From Moniliella sp. 'wahieum' (Eukaryota): a stretch of 64,000 bases of DNA. The stretch covers positions 1 to 64,000 of the forward strand of contig RSEE01000093.1 of the NCBI GenBank assembly GCA_003971905.1, read 5' to 3'. Both the position numbers and the translations under genes were made by a program. Position 1 is the stretch's first letter. Each line of letters opens with the position of its first letter. Below are positions 60,991 to 64,000 of this stretch, piece after piece. The notes beneath the pieces were generated by a model. It had not been told where the DNA came from. It saw nothing but the letters and a program-made list of their open reading frames with translations, and did not search any database.

Positions 60991-62221
60991 ATGGCAGACG
61001 AAACCGGCGTGGGGCCATCCGCCAACCCATCGACCAGGATGCACTCAACGCCTACCTGGCCCACACCCCTCTGGCGGCTTAGCCCCCGTCCACATTGATG
61101 GGCAGTTCGCCTTTGGCCAGTCCAACCCCAGCTACGCCCTGACCGGCAGCGACGGCGCCAAGTATGTCCTGCGCAAGAAGCCCCCCGGCGCCCTGGTCTC
61201 CCGCACGGCCCATGCCATCGAGCGCGAGTTCCGCGTCCTGCACGCCATCCACACGGCCAACATGCGTCTGGCCGATCCGGCGCGCACTGTGCCGGTCCCC
61301 GAGGTCAAGGTTCTCTGCACCGATGCGGCTGTGATCGGCACTCCATTTTACATTATGCGCTTTGTCCCTGGCCGCATCTTCACCGACAACCGTCTCCTGG
61401 GTTTGCCTGCACGCGAGCGTGCCGAATGCTGGACTTCAGCCATGCAAGTCCTCGCCAATCTCCACAACATTGACGTGACCAGTGCTGGTCTTGGCGATTA
61501 CGGCCGATCCCAAGGCTTTTACCCGCGCCAACTCAAGTCCTTGACGGCGGTAGCGAGTGCCCAAGCAGCTGTAGCCAACCGCAAGGGGGACAAGGTGGGT
61601 CCGATCCCGCACTTTGATCCATTGGTTCCTGGCTCGCCTCCCACTTGCCTCGGGACCAGACAACCCTCATCCACGGCGACTTTAAAATCGACAACCTTAT
61701 CTTTCACCCCACCGAGCCCAAGGTCGTCGCCGTCTTGGACTGGGAACTGTCCACCTCGGCCATCCAATGAGCGACTTGGCCAATCTGTTGCAGTGTTTCA
61801 CTCTGCCTCCTACTCCGGGCATGTCCTTGGACCAAGTTTTGCATGATCCCACCGCCTCAGCGGCTGCTCTAGAATCGCACTCCACTCTGTTGACGTTCGG
61901 GATGCTGCCGCCGGACCAGAACCGATCCCACCCTTGAACCAGCTTATGCAAACGTACCGTACTGCCCGTCACAACGGGGTGGCCAGCCAAACTACGCCCG
62001 AGCAAGACCAAGTCTGGAGCGCAGAATGGCACTTTGCTGCCGCCTGGGCCTGGTTCCGATTGGCCGTGATCACGCAAGGCATTGCGGCTCGAAATGCGGC
62101 AGGCCAGGCAAGCAGTGCCAAGGCCACCGCCTATGGACGTCTGTTTCCCACCTGCGGTAATAACGCCTGGCTGATTGCGCAAGGCAAGGAAACGACCCTG
62201 GGCAAACAAAGCAAACTATGA
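60991..62221 (+). CDS. APH-family phosphotransferase (ACAD10/11 N-terminal kinase-like), peroxisomal
   Basis: [78 protein letters not shown]-terminal -SKL*. Confidence 0.93.
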
Positions 62222-64000
62222 ATGATATCGATCGAGTTCAGCCTGCTGAACTCTGAAAATGCATTTTTCTCGATTGTGCTAGTCAGACGAGAGTCTCCCA
62301 CTAACTTGAACGGGTCTCTGTCGACGTCAGGGAGAACGTGATAATAGGGCCCGAGACCCGGGCGAGCGAGCCCAACAAGGAAGACCCAACATGATCGAGA
62401 TGCGAGTCTAAATTTGCCTGTTCGCCCCACCTTCAAGTGGAGGGAAGATGGCGGTTTATTCGTCTCGTTTTCGCTCACCTCAATTATGGGAGCAATACAC
62501 ATATGTTTGCCCAACCATAACGCTTACGAACCAAGGCGAAGCGACGCCCTGGATCGGAAAGGGTGTGAAGCTTGAAGACAGAGGATTGATTGTTACTGCG
62601 GCTTGGCCGGGCTGGGAAATTGGACGAAGAACCACCTCTTCCTCCTGCTGGCGTCCGTTCATCTCGTCCATGTCTTCCGCGTCAATTTCGCGCTCAAGCA
62701 CTTCGTATTCTACACACTCCCCCCCAATAACTCCTGAGCCAACCGAAGTGTACGCTGACCAATGCTCCTCGCTCGGCTCCGACCCAGTTGCAAGTCGCCA
62801 TTCCTGCTCATGCCATCGCCCTATATAGGGAGAGAGGCAAAACTACCCGAGTGGGCCTGCGAGCCCAGTGTAGGATTCTATGGGTGTGTTAGTCCCATAT
62901 TGTCACACTGGTGCGTCCACGCGTCCCCCACAGGGGCGAACGTCGGCGGGCAGACCACGGAGGGGGTCCCCCATTGTATAGCTCTTCACACCTATTGCCC
63001 GACGCCGCGGTGGGAGTGCAGACACAACATGCGCGATGTCTATATGAGGCCAGGTAATTAGTGAGCGAAGAAGTCTAATGACACAGGCAGCGGTCAATAT
63101 CGTCAACGTTTTTGTCAACAGACGCCGACAAGACGGAAGGGGGTCAAGCTTCAAGGTCGTACTTAGCAACAGTCACTATATCTAGGCTACTGCAGCCACT
63201 TTGACTACTCGACCGTTTTTAAAGAGCGGGGCAGGTGGGGTTGAGCCCAACCCTAACGCTAACGCTGAGAGTGCGTCAAACGTAACGCGTTAACGGACAA
63301 CCGGTAAACGTAACCCGAACCAATGCTAAGCGCTAACGAGAAAGCAATTGCACCGATCACGTGCTATTGCGTCACAATCAATGGCACCAACAGGCGGCCG
63401 ACGGGTATAATCACCTGGTCACTTCATCGTCACTGCATCCCTCTTCTCCCTACTGTTTTTGCTTCCAAAAACACAAGATCGACCACCCCGATCGCCATCC
63501 CCCCCATTGACTGGGCCCCCACCAGTTCCCACGCCAGCCGCCTCGTAGCATGTGTCTGGCACCCCATTGGCATGACATAATGTGACACACGACGGGCTAC
63601 CCTCCCGCAATAGAGTTGTAAGGCATCAGCATCACCTCGCCCCACACAGGCCCCATCCCGCATGCACCAAGTCGCCCATTTGACAGAGATGACCACCTTT
63701 GGGTACAAGAATTCATCCTGTGTCTGTGCTAGCCGAACCCGAACAACGCTGAGCGCTGAATCCGCTCTGTCTCTCGTTCACGTCATCGCGTCATTATCGA
63801 GTCGCTCTTCATAGTCAACGTTCGACGTACAACCTGTGTAACGCATGCAATAACGGAAGGCGATGACCGGGGGCGCGACCGGAGCGAGCCCTCAGCCGAT
63901 CCGAGAACAATCTGAGAGCGTTCTCCTGTGTTCCCCTCTCGGTGCAACATGCACCGCACACTGTCTGTGAAGCAAAAAGCCACTGTTTATGACGTTCATC

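Noticed and set aside
62280..63170. Minus-strand acidic ORF (EREIDAEDMDEMNGRQQEEE) as a gene
   Set aside because: Short and interrupted, with no family recognised. It cannot be supported without expression or homology data.
63249..63259. AACCCTAAC as a telomerase RNA template or telomere
   Set aside because: A 9-nt match in any permutation or strand is expected a few times by chance in 64 kb. No tandem TTAGGG tract or supporting structure.

Overview
Eukaryotic, GC-rich fungal DNA. It is a basidiomycete, probably smut-like (Ustilaginomycotina); this is inferred from intron-poor genes, short GTACGT/GTGCGT...CTGAC...YAG introns and protein style. Recognisable genes are HMG-CoA reductase, RPL4, ATP23, an Mto1/Pcp1-type centrosomin-motif coiled-coil protein, an Mtr-type amino-acid permease, a Bet1/Sft1-type SNARE, cytosolic MetRS with a C-terminal WHEP domain, a possible ORC6, fimbrin, a XanA-type xanthine dioxygenase, a thioredoxin-like membrane protein, an intron-containing tRNA-Val(AAC), SCAP and a peroxisomal APH/ACAD10-like kinase. 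Several low-complexity orphan genes are also present. Nearly every gene, including essential ones, is broken by 1-nt indels. This is best explained by an unpolished long-read consensus, so gene ends are approximate. Mobile DNA includes three related solo-LTR-like repeats at 23.8-26.0 kb (one with a perfect 5-bp TSD) and a decayed CRE-clade-like non-LTR retrotransposon at 45.5-46.75 kb. The most unusual signal is a recurring non-coding 7-bp grammar, XY-TNA-Y'X'-XY-TNA. TCA/TGA/TAA triplets sit exactly 7 bp apart, separated by different 4-bp palindromes that usually mirror the adjacent flank. It looks like the footprint of a hairpin-type cut/repair process or a phased binding code rather than ordinary microsatellite slippage.
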